Shown here: one piece after another, positions 16,916-26,971 of the stretch
Numbering within the stretch: position 1 is the stretch's first letter
Layout: every line of letters starts with the position of its first letter
Assembly (NCBI GenBank): GCA_041609895.1
Contig: JBFIPX010000002.1
Location: forward strand, 1 to 60,735
Direction: 5' to 3'
Origin: Rhodothermales bacterium
GTDB lineage: Bacteria > Bacteroidota > Rhodothermia > Rhodothermales > JABDKH01
Length of the DNA stretch: 60,735 nucleotides
Made by a program: the position numbers and the translations under genes
Notes under the pieces: model-generated
Database searches by the model: none
What the model saw: only the letters and a program-made list of their open reading frames with translations
Told to the model about the DNA's origin: nothing

Positions 16916-17233
16916 CTACAGCGACACCACTCCTTCGACGCGACCGGCTGCTGCGTACATCCTGACTACAGCCCGGCTCGAATCCATCATCATCTTCGCG
17001 GTGACGCTCAGGTAGTTACCTCTTGTCGAGGCTCGGACCTTAATCGGATGATCGCCAAAAACGGCCTTCAGGTCCTCGAAACCCGCCTTGGGTACGATGA
17101 ACTTGAAGAGATACTCAGTGGGCCAGTCGTTTTGCTCGTCAAGGAGTTGCTGAAAACGATCCCACCACTCACGGTTGTTTCGAGAAAAGGCAGCTGATCG
17201 ACTGGGCGAAGACATCATTTTGGGGACCTTCAT
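16916..17233 (-). CDS. DUF493 / YbeD-like small protein
   Basis: YLFKFIVPKAGFEDLKAVF...YLSVTAKMMMDSSRAVVRMY resembles the YbeD (UPF0250) ferredoxin-like fold family. Confidence 0.55.
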   Translation of the reverse strand: MKVPKMMSSPSRSAAFSRNNREWWDRFQQLLDEQNDWPTEYLFKFIVPKAGFEDLKAVFGDHPIKVRASTRGNYLSVTAKMMMDSSRAVVRMYAAAGRVEGVVSL

Positions 17234-17394
17234 GTTCAGTCAGGAAAGGCACTGTCTTTACAGTATCGATCCTGTTTTCCAATCGATAAGTACCTCGAGA
17301 CCATAAACCCGTTTCTAAAGGAAACGCAAAATTATCGTGTAGTCGCGGCAGATTGGCGGCGGAACCGTAGTCGTCGTGAATCGGTTCGAGATGC

Positions 17395-17823
17395 GTGCCC
17401 CTGAGAAAGTCATATCGCGCAAGCGCCTCGGTCATCGTTGCAGCGCTGCTATTAGTCAGCGCAGGGCCCGTCCTGCATGGGGTTTGCTTTAACGGGAACG
17501 CAGATTCGCACGCGCCACCGTGTAGCAACCACATGGAATCACCTGTTCAAGGTGACCGATGGCTGGACAGCAGTGACGCGATTGCTTCCGCACATCACCG
17601 ATCTGCCCCGGTCCATCACGAATGTTGCACCGTGTCCCCTGCCGCACTCGGGGGATTCAACGCTGTTCAGAATTGGGATTCGGCAAGTCTCGCGGGCGTA
17701 GTCGTACGGGCGCTTGTGTCTGCCCTGAGCCCGCAAGACATCGAGCGCCGAGCGGAGCTTCCTGCGCAGTCCTTCTTCTCCGCCTCCGGCGTCTTCCTAT
17801 TGTATAGAGTCATTCTCCGTTGA
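17395..17823 (+). CDS. Hypothetical Cys/His-rich exported protein preceding the efflux operon
   Basis: GTG start and a signal-like segment (SASVIVAALLLVSAGPVLHG). Then come HGVCFNGNADSHAPPCSNH and HHRSAPVHHECC. It sits 73 nt upstream of the TolC-family gene on the same strand. Confidence 0.4.
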   Translation: MPLRKSYRASASVIVAALLLVSAGPVLHGVCFNGNADSHAPPCSNHMESPVQGDRWLDSSDAIASAHHRSAPVHHECCTVSPAALGGFNAVQNWDSASLAGVVVRALVSALSPQDIERRAELPAQSFFSASGVFLLYRVILR

Positions 17824-17896
17824 TAGTCGTCGATTCGCTGTAATCGGAAACGAATCAAAGGCTACGTCTTGACAGACGTACACCCAACGGAGAAAG

Positions 17897-19198
17897 ATGA
17901 CAGGTCAACCGTTCAGCCGTGGCTCCACGTCACTGCTCACTTTCCTGATACCACTTACGCTGGCTGCTTCGGCCGCCGCGCAAACGACCGCACCGGACTC
18001 GGTACTCAATGTTGCGGACGTCGTCCGTTCAGTGCTCGCCGACAACCCGATGTTGCTTGCGTCCACTCTTGAGGCCGAAGCGCTGCGGGAGACAATATCC
18101 GTGGCGAAGAGGTTTGAAGATCCTCTCTTGGCCGTAGCCGTGTCACCCCGACCGATTCACACGGCGCGGGGCGCCCAACGCTCACAATGGCGACTGGAAC
18201 AGACGATACCATTCCCCGGAAAGCGCAGGTTGCGGGGCGAGGTCGCCACGCTCCGTTTTCGTACCGCCGAGATGGAGTCCGCGGCGCTCGCAAACGACGC
18301 CGTCCTGGAAGCCCGTCAGGTCTACGCGAGTCTCTTTGCGCTTCAGGAACGGCTTCGCATCATCTCGGCGTTTCAGGCCGAGGTCGCCAGATTCGCCGAA
18401 GCCGCAGCTACGCAGTACGAGGTAGGCCGTGGCCACCAGCAGGCACTCTTGCGGGCCCAGCTCGAAAAGAACACGCTGACACAACGCGAACTCAATCTCA
18501 AAGCAGAGCGCCAACGGGAAGCCGCCGCTCTCGCAAGGCTGGTCAACCTACCCGAACTAGCGGAGGTGTCTTTTCGCGTAACCCGGCCTCTCGATCTCGA
18601 ACGCCTTCCGGAAAACGCAAATCCGGATGTCGCAGTCGAAAGCCGTCCCGATCTGGCGGCACTTAGGCTTGCATCCGAACAAGCTGATCAGGCGGCGGCG
18701 TTAGCTCAAAAGCAGTCATGGCCCGACCTGAACCTGTCGGTCATCTACTCTGATATCGTTAGGTCGAGTCCTCCTGCAAACCCGGACGGTGCTGACGCAA
18801 TTGCCGTCGGTGCCGGAATCAGAATACCAATATGGCGCACTCCGATTCGCGCCCGTGTCGAGGAGCAGCGAATTATTGGACGACAGATTGAAGCCCGACT
18901 GGAGGCGCTGCAAACGGCGATCGACACCGAGCTTTCCGACCTCGTTCGGCGCATCGCAATCAGCCAGGAGAACCTCACGCTGCTGGAAGCGGGGCTGATT
19001 CGCCAGGCGGAGATCGCCCGCGATGCCGCTCTCGCAGCCTACACGACTGGACAAGCCGGATTCACGGATCTCCTCGACGCCGAACGCGCCCTGTATTCCC
19101 TTCGAATGGAGGAGACTACGGTACGCTCTCAGCTGCATCGCGCCGTGGCCGAGCTACGGTGGGCACTGGGCCAGGACGTCAACCGCTACGACAGATAA
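17897..19198 (+). CDS. cusC: TolC-family outer-membrane efflux protein (CusC/CzcC-like)
   Basis: 433 aa with a signal peptide and long coiled-coil repeats typical of the OEP family. It is the first gene of a three-gene RND operon. Confidence 0.88.
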   Translation: MTGQPFSRGSTSLLTFLIPLTLAASAAAQTTAPDSVLNVADVVRSVLADNPMLLASTLEAEALRETISVAKRFEDPLLAVAVSPRPIHTARGAQRSQWRLEQTIPFPGKRRLRGEVATLRFRTAEMESAALANDAVLEARQVYASLFALQERLRIISAFQAEVARFAEAAATQYEVGRGHQQALLRAQLEKNTLTQRELNLKAERQREAAALARLVNLPELAEVSFRVTRPLDLERLPENANPDVAVESRPDLAALRLASEQADQAAALAQKQSWPDLNLSVIYSDIVRSSPPANPDGADAIAVGAGIRIPIWRTPIRARVEEQRIIGRQIEARLEALQTAIDTELSDLVRRIAISQENLTLLEAGLIRQAEIARDAALAAYTTGQAGFTDLLDAERALYSLRMEETTVRSQLHRAVAELRWALGQDVNRYDR

Positions 19199-19199
19199 C

Positions 19200-20444
19200 A
19201 TGAAAAGACGCACTATAAGATTACGAACGGCGCCTCTGCAGTTCGCCGTCGGCCTTGCGACCTTGCTGATGACAATCAGCGGCTGCACCAAGACCGAGCA
19301 AACCGATCGTCACGCGGGTCACGCAATGGACTCGGCGATGACGCCCGCACCCGCCGAAACGACGGCGATGAGTGGGATGGATCATTCGTCCCACCAGTCA
19401 GATGCGGAAGTTGCGGACGCGGAGGCCACCGTCGTACTCGTTGAGCCTTCGGTCGTCCAGAATATCGGTGTTCGCACGACCGAAGTCGATGTGTCCACCA
19501 TGAATCGCATCATCCAGTCGACCGCCAGATTTGAGATGGATGAGAGCAGTGCCCATACCGTCACGTTGCGTACGGACGGATGGGTGGAGAAACTCTTCGT
19601 GACTTACGAAGGGGCTCTGGTGAGTGAAGGAGACCCTCTTCTCGACCTGTACAGCCCCGAACTGGTGTCGACACAGGAGGAATACCTTCTTGCTCTGAAC
19701 AACGCGGAGCGTATGTCCGGAGGGCCGATCGAAGGCCTTTCAGAGGATGCTGACCGACTCCTGGAAGCCGCCCGTCGCAGGCTCCTGTTCTGGGACATCA
19801 CTCCCGAGCAGATCGCAGAGTTGGAGCTAACCCGACAGCCGCTACGGGCTATCCGTTTCAACGCGCCAGCATCCGGAGAAGTAATGAGCAAGTCGGTGGT
19901 TGAGGGACAGCATGTGACCGCCGGCGAACCTCTGCTCAAGATCTACGACACGGGCAAGATCTGGTTGATGGCGGATCTTTACGAACAGGACCTGTCGTGG
20001 GTACGCGAGGGCTTGCCAGTCACGATCGAGCTTCCGTACGATCCAGGCAAGACGTTCCGCGGCCGAGTCGATCACATCTACTATATGCTCGATCCAGCGA
20101 CGCGGACGGCGCGGGCCAGAATCATCATGCCGGGTAACCGGCGGATGTTGAAGCCGGGCATGTATGCGACCGTACGGATCCAGGGCGAACCGCTTCCTCC
20201 GGCGCCAATCGTCCCCGAGGAGTCCGTAATACGGACCGGGGAACAGGACATCGTGATCATTTCCCTGGGCGGCGGAAGGTTTGTGCCCAGAGCAGTACGA
20301 CTGGGGGTGCTTGCCGACGGAAGTTATCGCATTCTCGAGGGCCTCGAAGGCGGAGAAATTGTCGTCACTAGCGCGCAGTTCCTCATCGACTCCGAATCGC
20401 GACTCAAGTCGGCGGTCGGCGCGATGGCGGACCATCAACATTAG
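19200..20444 (+). CDS. cusB: RND efflux periplasmic adaptor (CusB/CzcB family)
   Basis: I start it at the ATG at 19200 (MKRRTIRL...), 1 nt after the upstream stop. It has a lipoprotein-like segment (LLMTISGCT) and a Met/His-rich N-terminal segment (HAGHAMDSAMTPAPAETTAMSGMDHSSH). HlyD-like barrel-sandwich motifs are present. Confidence 0.9.
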   Translation: MKRRTIRLRTAPLQFAVGLATLLMTISGCTKTEQTDRHAGHAMDSAMTPAPAETTAMSGMDHSSHQSDAEVADAEATVVLVEPSVVQNIGVRTTEVDVSTMNRIIQSTARFEMDESSAHTVTLRTDGWVEKLFVTYEGALVSEGDPLLDLYSPELVSTQEEYLLALNNAERMSGGPIEGLSEDADRLLEAARRRLLFWDITPEQIAELELTRQPLRAIRFNAPASGEVMSKSVVEGQHVTAGEPLLKIYDTGKIWLMADLYEQDLSWVREGLPVTIELPYDPGKTFRGRVDHIYYMLDPATRTARARIIMPGNRRMLKPGMYATVRIQGEPLPPAPIVPEESVIRTGEQDIVIISLGGGRFVPRAVRLGVLADGSYRILEGLEGGEIVVTSAQFLIDSESRLKSAVGAMADHQH

Positions 20445-20462
20445 AAGAAAAAGTTCGAACGG

Positions 20463-23400
20463 ATGATGATTCAAAGCCTGATCAGATACTGCGCCGAGAA
20501 TCGGCTTCTAGTCGTCCTGGTGACGATGCTGGTTTCTGCCGTCGGTCTGTGGGCGGCCATCAACACGCCGGTGGACGCAATCCCGGACCTTTCGGACGTC
20601 CAGGTCATCATCCAGACCGAGTATCCGGGCCAAGGGCCGCAGATCGTCGAGGACCAGGTGACGTACCCACTGTCGACCGCGATGCTGAGCGTCCCATTTG
20701 CCAAGACCGTGCGCGGCTACTCGATGTTCGGAACGTCGTTCGTCTATGTCATCTTCGAAGACGGGACGGACCTTTATTGGGCGCGTAGCAGGGTGCTCGA
20801 GTACCTGAGCTACGCGGCCGAACGCCTGCCGCGAACGGTCAGACCCTCCATTGGCCCCGACGCCACCGGGGTCGGCTGGATCTTTGAATACTCCCTTTCC
20901 GATAGTACGGGCAGGCACGACCTATCCGAACTTCGGAGTATCCAGGATTTCTTTCTCCGCTACGAGCTGCAATCGGTGGAGGGCGTTTCGGAGGTGGCTT
21001 CCATTGGGGGTTTTGTCAAGCAGTACCAAGTCGTCGTTGACCCACACAAGCTAGCCGCCTTCCGAATATCGATTGCAGATGTGCGACTCGCTCTTCAGCG
21101 GTCTAACGAGGACGTCGGTGGTCGCCTGATGGAAATCGGGGAGCGTGAGTTCGTGGTACGCGGTCGTGGATATCTGTCGGGCCTGGAAGACATCCGCAGC
21201 GTACCGCTTACATCGCGCGACGGTACGCCCATCCGGGTCGGTGACGTAGCGACGGTACGCATTGGTCCCGAGCTGCGCCGCGGCCTCGTCGATCGCAACG
21301 GTGAGGGTGAAACGGTCGGCGGAATTGTGGTGATGCGTTACGGAGACAACGCGCGGCGCGTCATCGAGCGTGTGAAGGAGCGTCTGGATGAGATCTCCGT
21401 CGGACTGCCCGATGGAGTGGAGATCGCGATCGAGTACGACCGATCGGGATTGATTGATAGATCGGTCAAGACGCTGCGGACAAAGCTTGTAGAGGAGATG
21501 CTGATCGTTGCCCTCATCGTCATGATCTTCCTGCTGCACGTCCGGAGCGCGTTCGTCGCACTCATCACCATACCGGTTGGCATTCTGATCTCGTTTGCCG
21601 TCATGTATCTGCTCGACATCAACGCCAACATCATGAGCCTCGGCGGCATTGCCATTGCCATCGGTGTGATGGTGGACGCCTCGCTGGTCATGGTGGAGAA
21701 CGGGCACAAGCACATAGAGCGGCTACGGGCGAGACTCGGCAGAGATCTGACCTCCTCGGAACGCATCTCGGCGGTTGTCGAGGCTGCCGTCGAGGTCGGA
21801 CCCACTCTCTTCTTCTCCCTTCTAATCGTCACCATCAGCTTCCTACCCGTCTTTACGCTGGAGCAGGTGGAGGGGCGGCTATTCCGACCGCTGGCATTCA
21901 CGAAGACATTCGCGATGGCGGCCGCCTCTTTGCTGGCGGTCACTCTGGTACCCGCCTTGATGACGGTCTTTGTATCTGGCAGGATCCGGAGCGAGTCCGA
22001 AAATCCGATGTCGCGGTTCTTTCTTAACGTGTATCGACCAATTATCCGCACCACACTGCGAAGACCGCTGACGGTATTTCTCGTGAGCGCGGTGATTCCC
22101 CTGCTGTCGATTCTTCCGCTTCAACGGATGCTGTTTGACGACGTCTATGTGCCGTTTCCACAGCTTGGGTCCGAATTCATGCCACCGCTGAATGAGGGAG
22201 ACCTGTTGTATATGCCGACGACGCTGCCTGGAATCTCCATCCAGAAAGCCAAGGAGCTGCTTCAGCAGACCGACCGCATCATTGCTTCCTTCCCGGAGGT
22301 GAAGCACGTTTTTGGAAAAGTAGGCCGCGCTGAATCCGCCACCGACCCCGCACCTTTGTCGATGATTGAGACTACAGTTGTGCTGAAGCCGCCTGCGGAC
22401 TGGCGAACCGGCATGACCATCTCGAAGCTGATCAGCGAGCTGGACGCCGCCATTCAGATTCCGGGCCTCACAAACGCGTGGACGATGCCAATCCGCGCGC
22501 GCACCGACATGCTGGCGACCGGCATTCGTACGCCGGTCGGGATTAAGATCGCGGGACCCGATCTCACCACCCTCGAAAGCGTTGGGTCAAGGATTGAGTC
22601 AGCTTTGCGGGAAGTGGACGGCACGAGATCCGTGTTCGCGGAACGCGCCAGTGGCGGATACTTCCTTGACATCGATGTTGACCGTGAGCAAATAGCACGA
22701 TACGGTCTCACGACGAGCGACGTGCTCGATGTTGTAGCATCGGCCGTCGGAGGGATGAACGTAACACGCACGGTCGAGCAGCTCGAACGTTACCCCGTCA
22801 ACGTGCGATATCCCGAGGCATACCGAGACAACCTTGCTGCTCTTCGTCAGCTGCTCGTACCGGTAGCGGACGGTCGTCAACTGCCACTCGGCCAGCTGGC
22901 AGACTTCGCACTCACGTCCGGACCTCCCATGATCAAGAGCGAAAACGCCCGTCCGAACGCCTGGGTGTTCGTCGATTTGCAGGAAAACGTTGATATCGGG
23001 TCGTATGTACAGCGCGCCCGGACCGCTGTGCTCAACAATGTAGAAGTTCCTACGGGTTATTCGCTGACATGGAGCGGCCAGTTCGAGTATATGGAACGGA
23101 CAATGCAAAGACTGCAGGTCTTGGTTCCGATTACCCTCGCCGTGATTTTCCTGCTGCTCTTCATACATCTTCGAAACGCGGTCGACTCGTTTCTACTCAT
23201 GCTTCCGCTGCCGTTCGCAGCCGTAGGGGCTGTGTGGATTCTTATTCTGCTCGACTTCAACATGAGTATCGCGGTGGGGGTCGGCATCATTGCCGTTGCG
23301 GGGCTGGCGGCCGAAACCGGGCTCGTAATGCACGTATACCTGCACGAGGCGGTGCAGAGATACCGGCGCGAGGGCCGGTTTACGAGCCGATCCGCCCTGA

Positions 23401-23732
23401 ACTCAGCCCTTGAAGAAGGGGCGGTAGACCGTGTTCGACCAAAACTCATGACGGTGTTCACAACAATACTTGGACTCCTACCCGTTATGTTTGGAACAGG
23501 AATCGGTACCGAAGTGATGAAAAGAATAGCTTCTCCGATGGTAGGAGGACTCGTAACTTCGATGATCAACACACTGATTGTCATCCCGGCCATCTATGCT
23601 TTGGTCTATAGGTGGAGATACAGGGATGAGTTGACAGCGGACGAGGACGCCGCCTCTCGAGCGTCAATAGCCGGTGCAGAGATACCGATTCAGCAGGCAA
23701 GAATCTCAACGAAAGAGCTGTCCGGAGAATGA
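20463..23732 (+). CDS. cusA: Heavy-metal efflux RND pump, CusA/CzcA family
   Basis: 1089 aa with a 12-TM architecture. The sequence contexts LLYMPT, LSMIET and RTDMLATG match, from my memory of E. coli CusA, the three methionines of the Cu(I)/Ag(I) site. Confidence 0.95.
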   Translation: MMIQSLIRYCAENRLLVVLVTMLVSAVGLWAAINTPVDAIPDLSDVQVIIQTEYPGQGPQIVEDQVTYPLSTAMLSVPFAKTVRGYSMFGTSFVYVIFEDGTDLYWARSRVLEYLSYAAERLPRTVRPSIGPDATGVGWIFEYSLSDSTGRHDLSELRSIQDFFLRYELQSVEGVSEVASIGGFVKQYQVVVDPHKLAAFRISIADVRLALQRSNEDVGGRLMEIGEREFVVRGRGYLSGLEDIRSVPLTSRDGTPIRVGDVATVRIGPELRRGLVDRNGEGETVGGIVVMRYGDNARRVIERVKERLDEISVGLPDGVEIAIEYDRSGLIDRSVKTLRTKLVEEMLIVALIVMIFLLHVRSAFVALITIPVGILISFAVMYLLDINANIMSLGGIAIAIGVMVDASLVMVENGHKHIERLRARLGRDLTSSERISAVVEAAVEVGPTLFFSLLIVTISFLPVFTLEQVEGRLFRPLAFTKTFAMAAASLLAVTLVPALMTVFVSGRIRSESENPMSRFFLNVYRPIIRTTLRRPLTVFLVSAVIPLLSILPLQRMLFDDVYVPFPQLGSEFMPPLNEGDLLYMPTTLPGISIQKAKELLQQTDRIIASFPEVKHVFGKVGRAESATDPAPLSMIETTVVLKPPADWRTGMTISKLISELDAAIQIPGLTNAWTMPIRARTDMLATGIRTPVGIKIAGPDLTTLESVGSRIESALREVDGTRSVFAERASGGYFLDIDVDREQIARYGLTTSDVLDVVASAVGGMNVTRTVEQLERYPVNVRYPEAYRDNLAALRQLLVPVADGRQLPLGQLADFALTSGPPMIKSENARPNAWVFVDLQENVDIGSYVQRARTAVLNNVEVPTGYSLTWSGQFEYMERTMQRLQVLVPITLAVIFLLLFIHLRNAVDSFLLMLPLPFAAVGAVWILILLDFNMSIAVGVGIIAVAGLAAETGLVMHVYLHEAVQRYRREGRFTSRSALNSALEEGAVDRVRPKLMTVFTTILGLLPVMFGTGIGTEVMKRIASPMVGGLVTSMINTLIVIPAIYALVYRWRYRDELTADEDAASRASIAGAEIPIQQARISTKELSGE

Positions 23733-24778
23733 ATCTCATTCCTGATTGGGCGCCCGGGATTCACCCGATGGTCGTTCACTTTCCTGTCGCACTTCTATCC
23801 GTAGCGGTTCTTGCAGACCTCGCTGGTCTCATCTGGCGCAATCGACGGCACTTGCAGATCCTGACGGTGACGCTATACCTCATTGGCGCCGCCACGATAG
23901 TTGCCGCCTACTTCTCCGGCGAGTGGGGACTCGAGAATATTGTCCCGCCGGCGCGAGCCGAACGCGCGATTTCCAGTCACGCCGATATTGCCAAGTGGAC
24001 GGCGTGGTTCTTCGTGGTCTTTGCGATTGCGAGGTTGGTCGTCTTCCGCGTCGGCGCGATCCGCAACACCTGGATCAAGGTGCTTCTCGTTGTCGGAGGC
24101 ATCACCGGGTTTGTTCTTCTGTTCACCACTGCCGAGCGCGGCGCACGTCTCGTCTTCGATTTCGGGGTAGGCGTCGAGGCAGTAGCCGAACAGGCCCAGA
24201 TTCGAGCCGAGATTGCTCCGCCGGGCCAAAGCCTTGTCTCCTTTGAGGATGGCTGGAAACTGCAGCCTGTCCTCCCCAGCGATTGGAAAGGTGTCGCGGA
24301 ATGGCTCGTCGGAGATCCTGCTTCGATTCAGACAAGTATCGTGAGCGTCGACACTTCCAAAAGTGCAATCCAGATTGAAGCCGGCGGCCCTCCGGCCCTC
24401 TTCGTCTTCAAGCCAGAACTGGATGACATTGAGGCCGAACTGCTTTTCGGTGCCGACGAATTCGACGGTCGCTTTGCACTCGTGCACTCGTTGCATGACC
24501 GCTTCAACTACTTCTTCGTCGAATGGGACGGCGAAAGAATCTCGCAGGGGCGAGTCGTCGATGGAGAGCGTGAGCTTCTCGATTCTGCGAAGAGGGAATA
24601 CACGGGTACCTCCCTGATGCGACTCGTAGCCGACGGCACCCACTACCGCGCCTACGATGGCGGCGGCCTGGTGGCGCACGGGCATTCCATCGTCGCGGAA
24701 AAGGGGCGGGCTGGGCTGTTCCTGGAAGGTACGGGCAACCTGAAGGTTATCCTGATGATGGCGCGGACGCTGGAGTAG
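23729..24778 (+). CDS. DUF2231-like membrane domain fused to a C-terminal extracytoplasmic domain of unknown function
   Basis: The N-terminus HPMVVHFPVALLSVAVLADLAGL plus three further TM segments resembles DUF2231. The C-terminal ~200 aa are soluble and appear beta-rich. The start overlaps the cusA stop (ATGA at 23729-23732). Confidence 0.7.
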   Translation: MNLIPDWAPGIHPMVVHFPVALLSVAVLADLAGLIWRNRRHLQILTVTLYLIGAATIVAAYFSGEWGLENIVPPARAERAISSHADIAKWTAWFFVVFAIARLVVFRVGAIRNTWIKVLLVVGGITGFVLLFTTAERGARLVFDFGVGVEAVAEQAQIRAEIAPPGQSLVSFEDGWKLQPVLPSDWKGVAEWLVGDPASIQTSIVSVDTSKSAIQIEAGGPPALFVFKPELDDIEAELLFGADEFDGRFALVHSLHDRFNYFFVEWDGERISQGRVVDGERELLDSAKREYTGTSLMRLVADGTHYRAYDGGGLVAHGHSIVAEKGRAGLFLEGTGNLKVILMMARTLE

Positions 24779-24880
24779 TGAGGTTCCGTGCCGCGGGCCG
24801 TCCAGAATTCTGCTTCTTGATCTTCACTCCGACCTAGCGGCGGTGAAGCTGGATCGCTCAGTTCAAGCAAGGCACGAATC

Positions 24881-26953
24881 ATGTCATCGCGATCAAACCG
24901 CCACCACCACGACGGCAACCAACATTCAGGCAGTAACGGCACCTACGAGTCCCCTGGTCAGCGGGAGAACCACGATAGCGGGCGCGACGGGCAACACAAC
25001 CACGACAAAGGACATCACGCCCACATGGCGTACGACTTCAGGCGCCGTTTGTGGTTTTCCCTGATCCTGACAATACCCATTCTCGCGCTGTCTCCGATGA
25101 TTCGCGAGTTCGTTGGGGTAACTGAATCACTCGCTTTCCCGGGCGACCTCTACCTTCTCGCCGCCCTGTCAACCGCACTCTTCCTATACGGAGGATGGCC
25201 GTTTCTGACCGGACTGGTACGCGAGGTGCGGAACCGTCGCCCGGGCATGATGACCTTGGTAGGGGTAGCGATCACTACCTCGTTTTCCTACAGCACGTCG
25301 GTCGTGTTTGGGGTACCTGGAAAGATTTTTTACTGGGAGCTTGCAACGCTCGTCGACGTCATGCTTCTGGGGCATTGGGTCGAAATGCGATCCGTCATGG
25401 GCGCGTCAAAGGCGCTTGAGGAGCTCGCGCGGCTTATGCCGTCAGACGCACATCGAGTACTGGATGGTGGAGAGGTGTAGGAGGTGTCCATCGACGACCT
25501 CAAGCCTGGAGACCGACTCCTTGTAAAGCCCGGCGAGAAAATCCCCGCCGACGGCGAGATCTATGAGGGCAGCACCTCCATCAACGAGTCCCTCCTGACA
25601 GGTGAGTCGAAACCCGTGGCGAAGTCGGAAGGAGATGGCGTCATCGGCGGATCGATCAATGAAGAAGGGTCGATCAAGATCACCGTCGGAAAGATCGGTG
25701 AGGACAGCTTTCTGTCACAGGTTATTGGCCTCGTCCGCGAAGCGCAGGAGAGCAAGTCTCGCACCCAGGCTCTTGCAGACCGCGCGGCGGGCTGGCTTAC
25801 GGGAATCGCTCTCGGGTCTGCCGCGATCACCATGCTTCTCTGGCTTTTGCTCTCCGAAACCGACTTTGCCTTTGCGTTGGAGAGGACTGTCACGGTGATG
25901 GTCACCGCCTGCCCCCACGCCCTCGGGCTGGCTATACCGCTCGTGACGGCTGTCTCGACGTCGCTGGCCGCCTCAAATGGCCTGCTGATCCGAAATCGCA
26001 CGGCATTCGAGACGGCCCGCAACCTTAATGCGGTCATCTTTGACAAGACAGGAACGCTGACGGAAGGCACGTTCGGCATCACCGACGTTGTCGATCTTTC
26101 GGGTACCGGTCAAGACGAGATGTTGCGCCTCGCAGCATCAGTGGAGTCAGAGTCCGAGCACCCTATCGCGCGTGGAATCCTGTCCTTCGTCGACGAATAT
26201 CCGGTGCCGCAGGACTTCGCGTCGATACCGGGCAAGGGGGCGAAAGGGAAAGTAGACGGAAGGATCGTTCATGTCGTCAGCCCCAATTTTGTCGAGGAGC
26301 AAAACCTCGTCGTAGAGGATGACCGGATCCAGCAGTGGCAGCAGTCCGGCAAAACCGTCGTGTTCGTCCTGATCGACGGCAAAGTCGCGGGCGCTATTGC
26401 GCTTGCCGACAGGATTCGCCCGGCCTCCCGAAAAGCCGTTTCCCGACTGCACGAGATGGGCATTCGCACGATCATGCTTACGGGCGACAACGAGAGAGTC
26501 GCCGCGTGGGTGCAGTCGGAGCTGAAACTGGACGAGTACTTTGCCGAAGTGCTTCCCGACGGGAAGGCGGATAAAGTGAGGGAGATTCAAGGCCGCGGCT
26601 TGCGTGTTGCAATGACGGGTGATGGTGTAAACGATGCGCCGGCACTCGCGACGGCCGACCTCGGCGTCGCGATCGGCGCCGGAACCGACGTGGCCGTTGA
26701 AACGGCGGACGTTGTGCTGGTCCGAAGCGATCCACAAGACGTCCCATCGATCATCCATCTGGCCCGGAGCACGTATCGAAAGATGGTCCAAAACTTGTGG
26801 TGGGCGGCGGGCTACAACATCTTCGCGATCCCACTTGCCGCTGGCGCCCTGTACTGGGCCGGCGTCGTCGTAGGTCCGGCGGTGGGCGCGGCGCTGATGT
26901 CACTTAGTACCGTGATCGTGGCGATCAACGCCCGCTTGCTGAAACTGAACTAG
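24881..26953 (+). pseudogene. copB: P1B-type copper ATPase (CPH motif, His-rich N-terminus, CopB-like) interrupted by an in-frame TAG
   Basis: ORFs 24881-25480 and 25484-26953 are in the same frame, separated only by TAG at 25478-25480. Read through, the junction is ...HRVLDGGEV*EVSIDDLKPGD.... Motifs present: His-rich N-terminus, TGES, ACPHALGLA, DKTGTLT, GDGVNDAP. Confidence 0.85.
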
Positions 26954-26971
26954 CGACAAGACCAGCAGAAA

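Noticed and set aside
21051-22054. Reverse-strand ORFs of 220 and 238 aa inside cusA.
   Set aside because: They are antisense shadow ORFs of the 1089-aa RND pump, with low-complexity Ser/Arg/Asp-rich translations.
23873-24685. 270-aa reverse-strand ORF opposite the DUF2231 fusion gene.
   Set aside because: The + strand frame has TM helices, a start overlapping the cusA stop, and better codon usage. The reverse frame has no signal or motif.
25478-25480. Possibility that the TAG in copB (and the one at 16517-16519) is recoded, for example as pyrrolysine or by programmed readthrough.
   Set aside because: TAG terminates several ordinary genes in this window (ku, cusB, the histidine kinase). No pyl genes or recoding signals are visible. 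A nonsense mutation or sequencing error is the simpler explanation.
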